Assembly (NCBI GenBank): GCA_033809755.1
Contig: JAPXLB010000002.1
Coordinates: 64,486 to 128,485 of the forward strand
Source of the DNA: Lentimicrobiaceae bacterium
GTDB lineage: Bacteria; Bacteroidota; Bacteroidia; Bacteroidales; UBA4417
Length of the DNA: 64,000 nt
Reading direction: 5' to 3'
This document shows, piece after piece, positions 28,759 to 38,361 of the stretch. Positions within the stretch are counted from its first letter, which is position 1. Each line of letters begins with the position of its first letter. The position numbers were made by a program, and so were the translations under genes. Under the pieces are notes generated by a model. That model worked only from the letters and a program-made list of their open reading frames with translations, ran no database searches and was not told the DNA's origin.

Positions 28759-31128
28759 ATGCTACGGTTTTTTAAAAACTTATATGATAGATTTTTAAAA
28801 CTTGGATATTTTTCTAAAATATGCATAGTAACATTTTTGGTACTTTTCTTAATATATGTGTTTACACTGCCTTCAAAATTGTTCGAGGTACCGTACACGA
28901 CTACGGTACTCGACAATGAAGGCAATTTGCTTGGTGCACGCATTGCTACCGACGGTCAGTGGCGTTTCCCAATAAGCGAAGAGATTCCGGATAAATATAA
29001 AACTTGCGTTATTCAATTCGAAGACAGATATTTTTTATATCATCCTGGCGTCAATCCATTTGCAATGGGAAGAGCATTGTATCAAAATATTAAAGAAGGC
29101 AGAATTGTAAGCGGTGGCAGTACCATAACCATGCAGACCGTCAGGTTGATGCGAAAAAACAAACAGCGGACTTACTTCGAAAAGTTTGTAGAAATTATTC
29201 TCTCTACAAGATTGGAATTAAAATATTCGAAGAAAAGCATTTTGGCACTTTACGCATCGCATGCACCAATGGGTGGAAATACCGTTGGAATAGAAGCTGC
29301 GGCTTACAGATATTTCGGACATAATTCCAATATGTTATCGTGGGCAGAAGCTGCAACTTTAGCCGTGCTACCAAATTCGCCTTCGTTGATGCACTTTGGT
29401 AAGAATAGGGATAAGTTGTTAACCAAAAGAAATAAACTTCTTAAAACCCTTCTAGATAGGGAATACATAAGCAATGACGATTACCAACTTGCTATCTCGG
29501 AGCCTTTACCCGACGAGCCGCAAAATATGCCGCAAATTGCACCGCATTTGCTAATAACTTCTTACAAAAAGTATCCTGGTAAAACAACCAAAACCACCAT
29601 AGATAAACACTTGCAAATTAATGCTGATGAAATTTTAAAAAGGTGGAACGACGAATTTGCACAAAACGATATAATGAATATTGCTTCGCTTATCGTTGAT
29701 GTAGAGAAAAACGAAGTTTTGGCGTACAACGGAAACGTTGATTTTTTTAGCAATGTGGCTTCAAATCAGGTTGATATAATTTTTTCCGACCGCAGTACAG
29801 GAAGTATTTTAAAGCCTTTTCTTTACTGTGCCATGCTGCAAGAAGGCAAATTATTGCCCGACGAAATCATTGCCGACGTTCCCATTAACATAGGTGGTTT
29901 TGCTCCCAAGAACTTTAACTTACAATATCAAGGTGCAGTTGCTGCTTCCGATGCTCTTGCAAGGTCGCTCAATGTGCCGGCAGTTGTAGCTTTACGCAAA
30001 TATGGAATAATCAACTTTTATCAATTGCTGAAAAAGTCGGGGATGACGACGCTTAACAATCCTGCATCACATTACGGTTTGTCATTAATTCTTGGCGGAG
30101 CCGAAGGTAAACTTTGGGAAGTTGCCAATATCTATGCTCATATGGCAAAAAATCTGAATAACTACAATAAACATAAAAAGTATTTCGAAAACATAGACTT
30201 TACTTGGGAATACTCCGACAAAGAAACAAAAAACACTCCAACGGATTATCCCTTATACAACGCCGGAGCTATTTGGGCTACATTTGAAACTTTAACAAAC
30301 TTAAATCGTCCCGAAGAAATAGATTGGCAATTTATTCCTTCTATCAGAAAAATAGCATGGAAAACCGGTACGAGCTACGGATACAGAGATGGCTGGTCTG
30401 TTGGTGTAACACCTAAATATTTGGTTGCCGTTTGGGTAGGAAATGCCAGCGGAGAAGGTCGTCCTGGACTTACAGGTGCTAGAACTGCAGCCAGAGTTAT
30501 GTTCGATTTATTTAATATTTTACCTTATACTTCTTGGTTCGATATTCCATATCAGGAACTTACCGAAGCTGAAATTTGTTCAACTAGCGGTCATTTAAAA
30601 GGATTAAATTGTCCTGAAAGTTCAGTGGTTAAAAAATTTATACCTAAAAAAGGTATCAATACCGAAACCTGTCCGTATCACAGAAAAATACACGTCTCCA
30701 ACGACGAAAAATATATGGTTTACGAAAATTGTGCAGGAAGTAGGGGAATAAAACCTGTATCGTGGTTTGTTTTGCCACCCATATGGGAATGGTACTACAA
30801 ACAGCATAATCCTAATTATAAATCTTTGCCGCCGTACTCGCCCGAATGTTCCAAGAGTGATTACAAACAAGTTATGGAGTTTATTTATCCGTTTCCTAAC
30901 TCAAAAATAAAACTACAAAAACAAATGGATGGAAGTAAAGGAAAAGTTATTTTGGAAATAGCTCACAGAAATCCGCAAAGCACTATTTATTGGCATCTTA
31001 ACGATATGTTTTTGGGCGAAACCACTGATATTCACCAATTTGAAATTTCTCCTGATAAAGGCAAACATAAATTAACCGTCGTTGATAGCGAAGGAAACTT
31101 TAATAGTACAAATTTTATAATCGAATAA
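28759..31128 (+). CDS. pbpC: penicillin-binding protein 1C (bifunctional glycosyltransferase/transpeptidase)
   Basis: GT51 motifs (IQFEDRYFLYHPGVNP; GGSTITMQ), transpeptidase SxxK (STGSILKP), and a C-terminal PBP1C-type domain. It sits immediately downstream of the A2M gene, the classic pairing. Confidence 0.85.
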   Translation: MLRFFKNLYDRFLKLGYFSKICIVTFLVLFLIYVFTLPSKLFEVPYTTTVLDNEGNLLGARIATDGQWRFPISEEIPDKYKTCVIQFEDRYFLYHPGVNPFAMGRALYQNIKEGRIVSGGSTITMQTVRLMRKNKQRTYFEKFVEIILSTRLELKYSKKSILALYASHAPMGGNTVGIEAAAYRYFGHNSNMLSWAEAATLAVLPNSPSLMHFGKNRDKLLTKRNKLLKTLLDREYISNDDYQLAISEPLPDEPQNMPQIAPHLLITSYKKYPGKTTKTTIDKHLQINADEILKRWNDEFAQNDIMNIASLIVDVEKNEVLAYNGNVDFFSNVASNQVDIIFSDRSTGSILKPFLYCAMLQEGKLLPDEIIADVPINIGGFAPKNFNLQYQGAVAASDALARSLNVPAVVALRKYGIINFYQLLKKSGMTTLNNPASHYGLSLILGGAEGKLWEVANIYAHMAKNLNNYNKHKKYFENIDFTWEYSDKETKNTPTDYPLYNAGAIWATFETLTNLNRPEEIDWQFIPSIRKIAWKTGTSYGYRDGWSVGVTPKYLVAVWVGNASGEGRPGLTGARTAARVMFDLFNILPYTSWFDIPYQELTEAEICSTSGHLKGLNCPESSVVKKFIPKKGINTETCPYHRKIHVSNDEKYMVYENCAGSRGIKPVSWFVLPPIWEWYYKQHNPNYKSLPPYSPECSKSDYKQVMEFIYPFPNSKIKLQKQMDGSKGKVILEIAHRNPQSTIYWHLNDMFLGETTDIHQFEISPDKGKHKLTVVDSEGNFNSTNFIIE

Positions 31129-31152
31129 AACTGAAAAACCACTTAAATTATA

Positions 31153-31160
31153 TATATTTG
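31153..31160 (+). promoter_or_regulatory. -7 box (TATATTTG)
   Basis: Matches TAnnTTTG, 18 nt upstream of ATG 31178. Confidence 0.4.
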
Positions 31161-31177
31161 TAAAAAAAACCAAACCT

Positions 31178-31939
31178 ATGAAAAAGACCTTATTATTTAC
31201 ATGTTTATTTATCTTTTGCGTACAGCTAAATTTTGCTCAAACCGAAAAGTCATTCCCGCAATACATATGGATTAATGCCAACTCCGAACATGCTGACGGC
31301 TCAAGGTTTGGCTACTTGAAAGACTCTTTTACGCTAATAAACAAAAACTGTCATAGTTTACCAACTACCGACCCTTGCTACGATGCCGACGAATATTCCG
31401 ACTACACCTTGTTGGGTAGGTATAAAAACTCTTCAATGGGCGAACATGTTAATATTATCTATTCACCGGGTCCAAGTGTTGACCCCGCTTTTTACATTAC
31501 CGACAAAAACAACAATCCCATTTGGTCGGAAGCTGCAGAAGAAATGTGTATCAATTCCAACGGAATAATATACATATCGGGAAATATCAATAAAATGTTC
31601 AACCAACGGAAGAAGTTAAAACTTAACAACAACAATGTTACCGAAGTTGAACAGCCTTTTTATTACGTTGATGTTAAAGGTAAGCTTCTGAAGCCGGTTA
31701 AACTTTACAGTCAAAAAAATAATAAAGGCGAACTTGTTGCAACTCTTCCTGTAGGCTACGAAATTGAGATTTTACTTGCTGAACCTGTAACTAATACCGA
31801 TGAATACGGAATGCCAAAACCCATGATGAACTACTTGGCACGTACCGCTTTCGGATTGGTAGGTTGGCTTCGCCTCGGCAATGATGATATTTCCCACATG
31901 AGTCCTGTAGTCAGAGGCTTAGGATTTCTAGGAGATTGA
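31178..31939 (+). CDS. secreted hypothetical protein
   Basis: Signal peptide (FIFCVQLNFAQ). The C-terminal part looks SH3b-like (LVATLPVGYEIEIL...GLVGWLRL); this is weak. Confidence 0.45.
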   Translation: MKKTLLFTCLFIFCVQLNFAQTEKSFPQYIWINANSEHADGSRFGYLKDSFTLINKNCHSLPTTDPCYDADEYSDYTLLGRYKNSSMGEHVNIIYSPGPSVDPAFYITDKNNNPIWSEAAEEMCINSNGIIYISGNINKMFNQRKKLKLNNNNVTEVEQPFYYVDVKGKLLKPVKLYSQKNNKGELVATLPVGYEIEILLAEPVTNTDEYGMPKPMMNYLARTAFGLVGWLRLGNDDISHMSPVVRGLGFLGD

Positions 31940-31994
31940 AAATTAAACAAATACAGCATTATAAAAGTACGAATAAATAAAAAAACATCATAAT

Positions 31995-33170
31995 ATGAAA
32001 GGACTCAGATATCTACCATTATTGCTTATTGTCGTTTTTTTGTGTACCAATTGTTCAACTAGTAAAAGAGCATTGAAACACGGCGATTATTACGGAGCTT
32101 CAATGAGTGCAATAAAAACATTGCGCTCAAATCCTAAAAATAAAAAATCGTTTGAAGTGTTACAACAGTCATATCCTTTAGCAAAAGAAAACGGTTTACG
32201 AAAGATTCAAAACGCACTTGAAACCAATTCTCCCAACAAGTATTCAATCGTAGCAGAAGAATATTTGGCTCTTAATGCTATAGCCGATGCAATATACACT
32301 TGTCCGAAAGCATTGGAACTTTTTCCTCAACCCGAACAATACAGCAAAGAATTAAGGCAAGCTTTGCCTTTGGCGGCAGAAGAAGCCTATAATTTAGGCG
32401 AACGCCTGCTACAAACTAATACCATTCAGGATGCCAGAGAAGCATATTTCCATTTTATGAGAGTTAAAAAATATGTACCTGACTATAAAGATGTTGACGA
32501 AAAAATTCAAGATGCTTTGTATGCAGCCACACTCAAGGTAGTAGTACAAAAACCTCTTACACCCAGGAGGTATCAGGTCTCTGCTGATTTTTTCTACAAT
32601 AATCTGATGGCTAAAATTTGTGATGTAACTGAAGACAAGTTTATCCGTTTCTATACTTACGAAGAGGCTAGGAGAGAACGATTGAATAATCCTGATCAAT
32701 ATTTAGTGCTTAATTTCGAAGACTTCTCGGTTGGAAATATGCGAGAAATCAGGAACTCAAAGGAGGTTTCTAAAGATAGCGTATTGGTGGGAACAACTAC
32801 AATAGACGGGAAATCTCAAGATGTGTACGGAACAGTAAAAGCAACACTAACTACTTATAAAAGAGAAGTCATCTCACAAGGAGTACTCTCGGCAAAAATT
32901 ATTGATGCTAACACTAACCGCGTAGAACAACATCGCAATTTCCCAGGTAAATTTGTGTGGGTCAATGAATGGGCAACGTACAAAGGCGATGAGCGAGCTT
33001 TATCTAAAGAACAACTCAGAATGACTAATCTTGAGGCTGTTATGCCTCCACCTGAACAAGATTTGTTTGTTGAATTTACTAAACCTATATTCGATCAAGT
33101 TGTGAGTTTTGCTGTAGGATACTATTCACGTTACGATAGAAACATAAATAAACTCAAAATATCTTATTAA
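31995..33170 (+). CDS. hypothetical lipoprotein
   Basis: Lipobox FLCTNCST. No recognisable domain. Confidence 0.5.
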   Translation: MKGLRYLPLLLIVVFLCTNCSTSKRALKHGDYYGASMSAIKTLRSNPKNKKSFEVLQQSYPLAKENGLRKIQNALETNSPNKYSIVAEEYLALNAIADAIYTCPKALELFPQPEQYSKELRQALPLAAEEAYNLGERLLQTNTIQDAREAYFHFMRVKKYVPDYKDVDEKIQDALYAATLKVVVQKPLTPRRYQVSADFFYNNLMAKICDVTEDKFIRFYTYEEARRERLNNPDQYLVLNFEDFSVGNMREIRNSKEVSKDSVLVGTTTIDGKSQDVYGTVKATLTTYKREVISQGVLSAKIIDANTNRVEQHRNFPGKFVWVNEWATYKGDERALSKEQLRMTNLEAVMPPPEQDLFVEFTKPIFDQVVSFAVGYYSRYDRNINKLKISY

Positions 33171-33198
33171 TAAAACCAGACAAATACTCAATTAATAC

Positions 33199-34926
33199 AT
33201 GAAGACAAACATTTTTATCACTGTCATCGCACTTGCAGCCATTCTGCTAATTGGTTGTACAAGAGGAACGCAAGAAAACGTAATTACCTTTACCACCGAT
33301 AAAGGGGTAGGACTTGAGATTTTTCTTGGCATAGACGCTGCAGAAGAACATCGTGCCGATATATGGATAGACCTTAATAACAACGGAGTTAAGGACGAGG
33401 GGGAGACAGTTACTAACTTTGGTAAAAACTCTGCTGCCGAATACGTACTTGAAGCACAAACTGTAACTATACATGGTAATGTAAGCGTGCTGTGGTGCGA
33501 CTACGTAGAACTCAACACGCTCGATGTGTCAAAAAACAAGTATTTATCCGAACTTAATTGCAGTGATAATTTGCTTACTGAACTTGATTTATCAAAAAAT
33601 TCGGAACTAACCGTATTGTGTTGTCCCAAAAACGAGTTAACTAAACTTGATGTATCAAACAATCAAATGCTTACCTATTTGAATTGCAGTGATAATCATC
33701 TCTCTAAATTAGATGTATCAAATAACTTGAATTTAAATGAGTTGCATTGCGATGCCAACCAAATATCAAAGTTAGATATTAGCCAAAATTCGGCTCTCAA
33801 AATAATAGATTGCACTAATAATCAATTTTCAGAGTCGGCTATTGCAAATATTGTAGATAACTTACCCTTGTACACATCTTCTGACAATGCTAAGGCTCAT
33901 TTTGGAGGAAATCTTGCATTACCAACTCCTCAGCAAGTAACAAAAGCCGAAGAGAAAGGATGGGATATTATTGAACCTCAGATAATACTAACTACACAAA
34001 AAGCTCCTGGCGAGCAATTCAAGATATGGGTAGCTGCCGATGAAATTGACAGAGCGAACGTGTGGATAGATCTTAACAACAATGGTGCAAAAGAAGATGG
34101 CGAATATTTTGAAACTCTCGATAGAGCACACGGTCGTAGAGAAACATTCGAAGTACAGAGCCAAAAAATAACCGTGTACGGAAAAATTACCTTCTTAGCA
34201 TGTAGTGAAAATGAAATCACGTCACTCACAGTCAGAAAAGGTGAAAAGTTACACGAACTATCGTGTAATAAAAATCAGATAAACTCAGTAAACCTCGCCG
34301 AAGCACCAATGCTAAAAGACTTATGGCTCAATAATAACCAACTAACAGAAGAAGAGATATCAAAAATAGTAGCAGACCTTCCTACACGCGATCCATCTGA
34401 TTATGCCAAAGCATACTTCGACGATAATCTCGGCAGAGCTACGAAACAAGACTCAGCTCTGGCCGCCTCCAAAAACTGGAGGATAAGCCCTGTTAAGCTG
34501 TCGCCCGAAGCACAAGCTAAGTACGATGCTCTGTTGAAAGATTGGAAACCATTCCTTGGCAAATGGTGCTGCAATGATGAAACAGTCAGAGAAGGTGAGT
34601 GCTTTCAATTGGAATTTAGTTTGTACGATAACGGACTATCTATAAGCTACTACTCGGGTGGACCTTTCGAAGAAAATTTCACAGGAAAAGTGATATCCGA
34701 CAACCACGCCGAACTCTATTTTGCTAGCATAGGTGGTTCTACATCATTCAACAGAGCAAAAGGAGACATGGATGGGTGCGTAGGACAAAAGGTAGCAGAC
34801 TGCATGTTGCAGCCTGACGGAACATTGACAATAGTCGTTGGAGATGATAAGTGCGGGGCAATGTATGGCACACACACACTTCACAAATTAAAGGAAAGCG
34901 AATGGTGCGAATTGAGATACAATTGA
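33199..34926 (+). CDS. composite LRR lipoprotein: two (EF-hand-like-loop + LRR) modules plus a C-terminal domain shared with the 22028 gene
   Basis: Lipobox LLIGCTR. WIDLNNNGVKDEGE and WIDLNNNGAKEDGE are each followed by LRRs. The C-terminal ~120 aa are homologous to the N-terminus of the 22028-23134 protein. Confidence 0.7.
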   Translation: MKTNIFITVIALAAILLIGCTRGTQENVITFTTDKGVGLEIFLGIDAAEEHRADIWIDLNNNGVKDEGETVTNFGKNSAAEYVLEAQTVTIHGNVSVLWCDYVELNTLDVSKNKYLSELNCSDNLLTELDLSKNSELTVLCCPKNELTKLDVSNNQMLTYLNCSDNHLSKLDVSNNLNLNELHCDANQISKLDISQNSALKIIDCTNNQFSESAIANIVDNLPLYTSSDNAKAHFGGNLALPTPQQVTKAEEKGWDIIEPQIILTTQKAPGEQFKIWVAADEIDRANVWIDLNNNGAKEDGEYFETLDRAHGRRETFEVQSQKITVYGKITFLACSENEITSLTVRKGEKLHELSCNKNQINSVNLAEAPMLKDLWLNNNQLTEEEISKIVADLPTRDPSDYAKAYFDDNLGRATKQDSALAASKNWRISPVKLSPEAQAKYDALLKDWKPFLGKWCCNDETVREGECFQLEFSLYDNGLSISYYSGGPFEENFTGKVISDNHAELYFASIGGSTSFNRAKGDMDGCVGQKVADCMLQPDGTLTIVVGDDKCGAMYGTHTLHKLKESEWCELRYN

Positions 34927-34982
34927 GATACAATTGAGTTTATTAATTTTATTATCATAACCTATTATAAAACATAAAAACA

Positions 34983-35969
34983 ATGAAAACATTTTTTTTA
35001 ACTATTATGACTGCCACAATTCTACTAATGTGTAGATGTACTGGCGAAACACAAGAAAGTTATATAACACTAACCACAGCCAAAGAAGTAGGAGAAACTA
35101 TCAAATTAACTATAGACGCTGCCGAAGCCGACCGAACTGACGTTTGGATTGACCTTAATAACAATGGAATAAAAGATGAAGGAGAGGCTGTTACCAATTT
35201 TGGCAAAAATGCTGGAACAGAGTATGAGCTTGGTGCACAAACCGTTACTATACACGGGAAGGTGAATGCGCTGTGGTGCCGTAGTGGTCAATTCACTATG
35301 CTGGATATCTTAGGCAACCCTGAACTTATTGAATTAGAATGTTCACACAATCAGCTTACTGAACTGGATGCGTCAAATAGCACAAAATTGGCTATGCTAC
35401 ATTGTTACAACAACCAACTTGCCATACTAAATATATCAAATAACTTGCAGTTAACTAATCTGGAGTGCTCAAATAATCAATTAACGACGTTGGAAGTATC
35501 TAGCAACCCTGAACTCAACAGCCTAAGTTGTTTTGGTAATCAGCTTACTGCATTGGATTTATCAAATAATTCAAATCTTAAGTGGCTGAATTGTGGAAAT
35601 AACAATCTCGGTATGCTTGATGTATCGAAAAATCTTCTGCTTAATGAGTTGTATTGCGGTGGCAACCAGCTTGCTACATTGGATTTGTTGTCTAATACAG
35701 AGCTGGAAACGTTAAGTTGCCCGCGTAATCAACTCACTGCGTTGGATTTGTCAAACAATCCAAAGTTACAGAAAATATATTGCGAAACCAATAATATTTC
35801 TGGTGATCAAATGACTGCACTGGTAAACAGCCTACCCGAACGCATTGATGAGTATCCGGGAGAATACGTGCTGCGTTATTGGCTTGAGGACGGTAACACA
35901 TTCGACAAAGCACATGAGTCCATCTTATCAAAAAAGAACTGGTACAAGTACGAAGAATGTGCGCTTTAG
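34983..35969 (+). CDS. LRR lipoprotein, tandem paralog of the preceding gene
   Basis: The N-terminal 100 aa are ~65% identical by eye to the 33199 protein (WIDLNNNGIKDEGEAVTNFGKN...AQTVTIHGKV). They are followed by ~9 LRRs of 22 aa (LT.LD.SNN..L..L.C..NQL). Confidence 0.7.
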   Translation: MKTFFLTIMTATILLMCRCTGETQESYITLTTAKEVGETIKLTIDAAEADRTDVWIDLNNNGIKDEGEAVTNFGKNAGTEYELGAQTVTIHGKVNALWCRSGQFTMLDILGNPELIELECSHNQLTELDASNSTKLAMLHCYNNQLAILNISNNLQLTNLECSNNQLTTLEVSSNPELNSLSCFGNQLTALDLSNNSNLKWLNCGNNNLGMLDVSKNLLLNELYCGGNQLATLDLLSNTELETLSCPRNQLTALDLSNNPKLQKIYCETNNISGDQMTALVNSLPERIDEYPGEYVLRYWLEDGNTFDKAHESILSKKNWYKYEECAL

Positions 35970-36023
35970 TAATATAACATGAAGTAATAAACCCATTTAT
36001 GATTTTACAAATTCTATAAACCA

Positions 36024-36539
36024 ATGAATAATAAAATTTTATTTGCTGCTACGATTGCAGCTATGCTACTGGCGGGATGTGCTGGCAAGGTGCAAAAAGC
36101 CAATGACGAAATCTCTATAGGAGAGGAGTGGCTAGGACTTGTTTTCACTTGTGCCGACGATGAAAACGCCTTCTGCTTCCCCGATGAGGAAAAGATTTGC
36201 ACAGAACGGTATTACGATTATTACACCGAATATATGGAGATATTTGAATATCCCAACTTTGAGACCGATGAGGAGCAAAAAGCGGCAGAAATGGAATTTC
36301 AAAACAAATGGAAAGACATTTATCCTGCAGGAGTTGAGATGTGGTCACCATTTGGGCGTGGCAACGGAATGGAGGTAGGGCAAAAGCTGAAAAACGTTTC
36401 CATTGCTCACATCGAAGGCTTAAAATATCTGGTAACTGTGGACTACGGCGATGGGCTGGTTTTCAAAAACGAAGTAACCCTTGTGCCACATGAAGATGCG
36501 TTCCTGATAGATTATTTCAAAACCGAACTTGTTGAGTAA
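36024..36539 (+). CDS. hypothetical lipoprotein
   Basis: Lipobox LLAGCAG. This gene is noticeably more GC-rich than the window average. Confidence 0.5.
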   Translation: MNNKILFAATIAAMLLAGCAGKVQKANDEISIGEEWLGLVFTCADDENAFCFPDEEKICTERYYDYYTEYMEIFEYPNFETDEEQKAAEMEFQNKWKDIYPAGVEMWSPFGRGNGMEVGQKLKNVSIAHIEGLKYLVTVDYGDGLVFKNEVTLVPHEDAFLIDYFKTELVE

Positions 36540-36717
36540 TAAAAAGCAGAATATTTATGTTCAATTTTATCAAAACAATAATGCCTGGCTGCTTGCGCTA
36601 CCTGTTATTTCAGGCAGGAAATCCGCTTAATGAAGAAGGTATGCATAAAGCCCAAGAATCATGTTGATTGACTATGAACGCACCTATTGTTTCTCTAAAA
36701 AGCGTTAATAAGAAGAA

Positions 36718-37326
36718 ATGAAAGCAAAAACCAACAAATTATTATTATTATTATTTCTAATACTAATATTAGTAATCTGGCTGGTTATGAAGTTAACCTG
36801 GCAAAATAACGTAGTGCTAATATTCATAGTTGTATGGACACTAATGGGACTGGCATTGCTAATCCCGTGGGAAAACAGTATAAGAAAGAATATTAAAAAT
36901 TCCGAAAATCCTTTTCAAAAAGCTATCTATGCCAACTCAACAGACCCAGCTACTATAACTATGCTTTCCATCATGATTCCGTACATATTTCTGCCATATG
37001 TACTTTTTATCTACTATCCACGCCGTCGAAAAGCATACAAAAACGTTGTTTGCCAAAATTGCCAATCAAACGGTTCTATGAAGCACAAGCGTAAAGCTCA
37101 AATAATACAACAAGCCGTAATAGGACAAGATGGCGTCAAGCGTTACTCTTTTATCTGTAAAAATTGCGAACATCAACACTTTGAAGATATAACATACAAG
37201 TACGTAGCGCCTTCATCAAGCGGCAGCTCGAGCGATAGTTCTTGGAGTGGAGGTAGTAGTTCAAGTAGCGGTGGTTCCTGGGGAGGAGGAAGTAGTGGGG
37301 GAGGTGGTGCAAGCACGAAGTTTTAA
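36718..37326 (+). CDS. TPM-less paralog: multi-TM protein with C4 zinc ribbon and Ser/Gly tail
   Basis: Three hydrophobic segments, then CQNCQ...CKNCEHQHFEDITYKYVAP and the tail ...GGSWGGGSSGGGGASTKF. The C-terminal ~90 aa are homologous to the 16734 and 40727 proteins, but there is no TPM domain. Confidence 0.65.
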   Translation: MKAKTNKLLLLLFLILILVIWLVMKLTWQNNVVLIFIVVWTLMGLALLIPWENSIRKNIKNSENPFQKAIYANSTDPATITMLSIMIPYIFLPYVLFIYYPRRRKAYKNVVCQNCQSNGSMKHKRKAQIIQQAVIGQDGVKRYSFICKNCEHQHFEDITYKYVAPSSSGSSSDSSWSGGSSSSSGGSWGGGSSGGGGASTKF

Positions 37327-37341
37327 AGGAAAATATATGAA

Positions 37342-37806
37342 ATGAAAACAAAACTAATAATTATAGCTATGGCACTTTTTAGTTTATTTGGATGCAAATC
37401 AGATGCACAAGATAAACAGCTTGTTTCTGTAGAATATAATAGAGTGGCGATGCGTTCCTCACTTAATATGCGTATAACAACTTCAGAAACAAATGACAGC
37501 ATTATGATGTACTTTGATGATAGAGAAACAAACGAATCTGGTTCATTTCAAATAAGCCAAAACACTTTCGATTCGTTAGCAAACATTGTCCTTAAAATGA
37601 ATAGACCGCTCAATTTCAACCTATTTTTCGTTCGCGACCTTACCGAAACTTTTAAAGTAACTTTTATTAAAAATGATAGGACCCGTGAATATAAATATAA
37701 AAGATGGAAAATAGTAAATAAAAAAACGTTAGAGCGAGAAGAACAAGCAATTCAGCTTATGAGAGAATGTATAGACAATTATAGAAAAACACGAGAACAA
37801 GTTTGA
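37342..37806 (+). CDS. hypothetical lipoprotein (short member of a 3-member paralog family; N-domain only)
   Basis: MKTKLIIIAMALFSLFGC... aligns with the N-terminal halves of the 38902 and 44781 proteins (F.I(S/T)QN.FD.LANI...M.(R/K)P; KV.FIKN.). Confidence 0.55.
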   Translation: MKTKLIIIAMALFSLFGCKSDAQDKQLVSVEYNRVAMRSSLNMRITTSETNDSIMMYFDDRETNESGSFQISQNTFDSLANIVLKMNRPLNFNLFFVRDLTETFKVTFIKNDRTREYKYKRWKIVNKKTLEREEQAIQLMRECIDNYRKTREQV

Positions 37807-37859
37807 GCAAATGAAAGGAAATAATTAGAAAATAAAAATAACTTTTAAATAATAAAAAT

Positions 37860-38306
37860 ATGAGAACAAAATTAATGATTTTGATTGCGTCGGTAATACT
37901 ACCGTTAACGCTTCTTACGGCGTGCAATTCAGGCAAAAAAAACAATGTAGAACAATTTGAGGAAAAAGCGTTTTATTCGGGAGGATTAAAGTATGAAACC
38001 CTTGTAAAATTAAGTATCAATTCTAAAGGAGAAGTAACAGGAACTGTTACGGCAAATGAATATGGCATGGAGGGAGAGCCTATTTCATTCACCGGAACGC
38101 TTTCAAACGGAGAAATAAATGTAAAATTCAACGGCGAACCACCAATAGTTGGAACAGCCTCCGAATGGACAAATATACCATGGCGCATTGAGGAAAGAGA
38201 TGGCAAAGATGTGCTAATCATTACATTCTACGCAATGGACTACGAAACCGAAGAGTGGGGTAATTCTGAGTATGAATTTGAAGAAGTAAATGAACAAGTC
38301 AACTAA
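37860..38306 (+). CDS. hypothetical lipoprotein
   Basis: Lipobox LLTACNS. No recognisable domain. Confidence 0.5.
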   Translation: MRTKLMILIASVILPLTLLTACNSGKKNNVEQFEEKAFYSGGLKYETLVKLSINSKGEVTGTVTANEYGMEGEPISFTGTLSNGEINVKFNGEPPIVGTASEWTNIPWRIEERDGKDVLIITFYAMDYETEEWGNSEYEFEEVNEQVN

Positions 38307-38361
38307 ACTTATAAAGTAAATCTTTAAACAAAAAATAATAGCAACTAAATTAATTAATGTT

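Noticed and set aside
36557-36667. 36-aa ORF (MFNFIKTIMPGCLRYLLFQAGNPLNEEGMHKAQESC) in the gap before the TPM-less paralog
   Set aside because: It is too short, has no recognisable features or promoter box, and sits in a GC-richer patch where random ORFs are more likely. It may be debris of a decayed gene.
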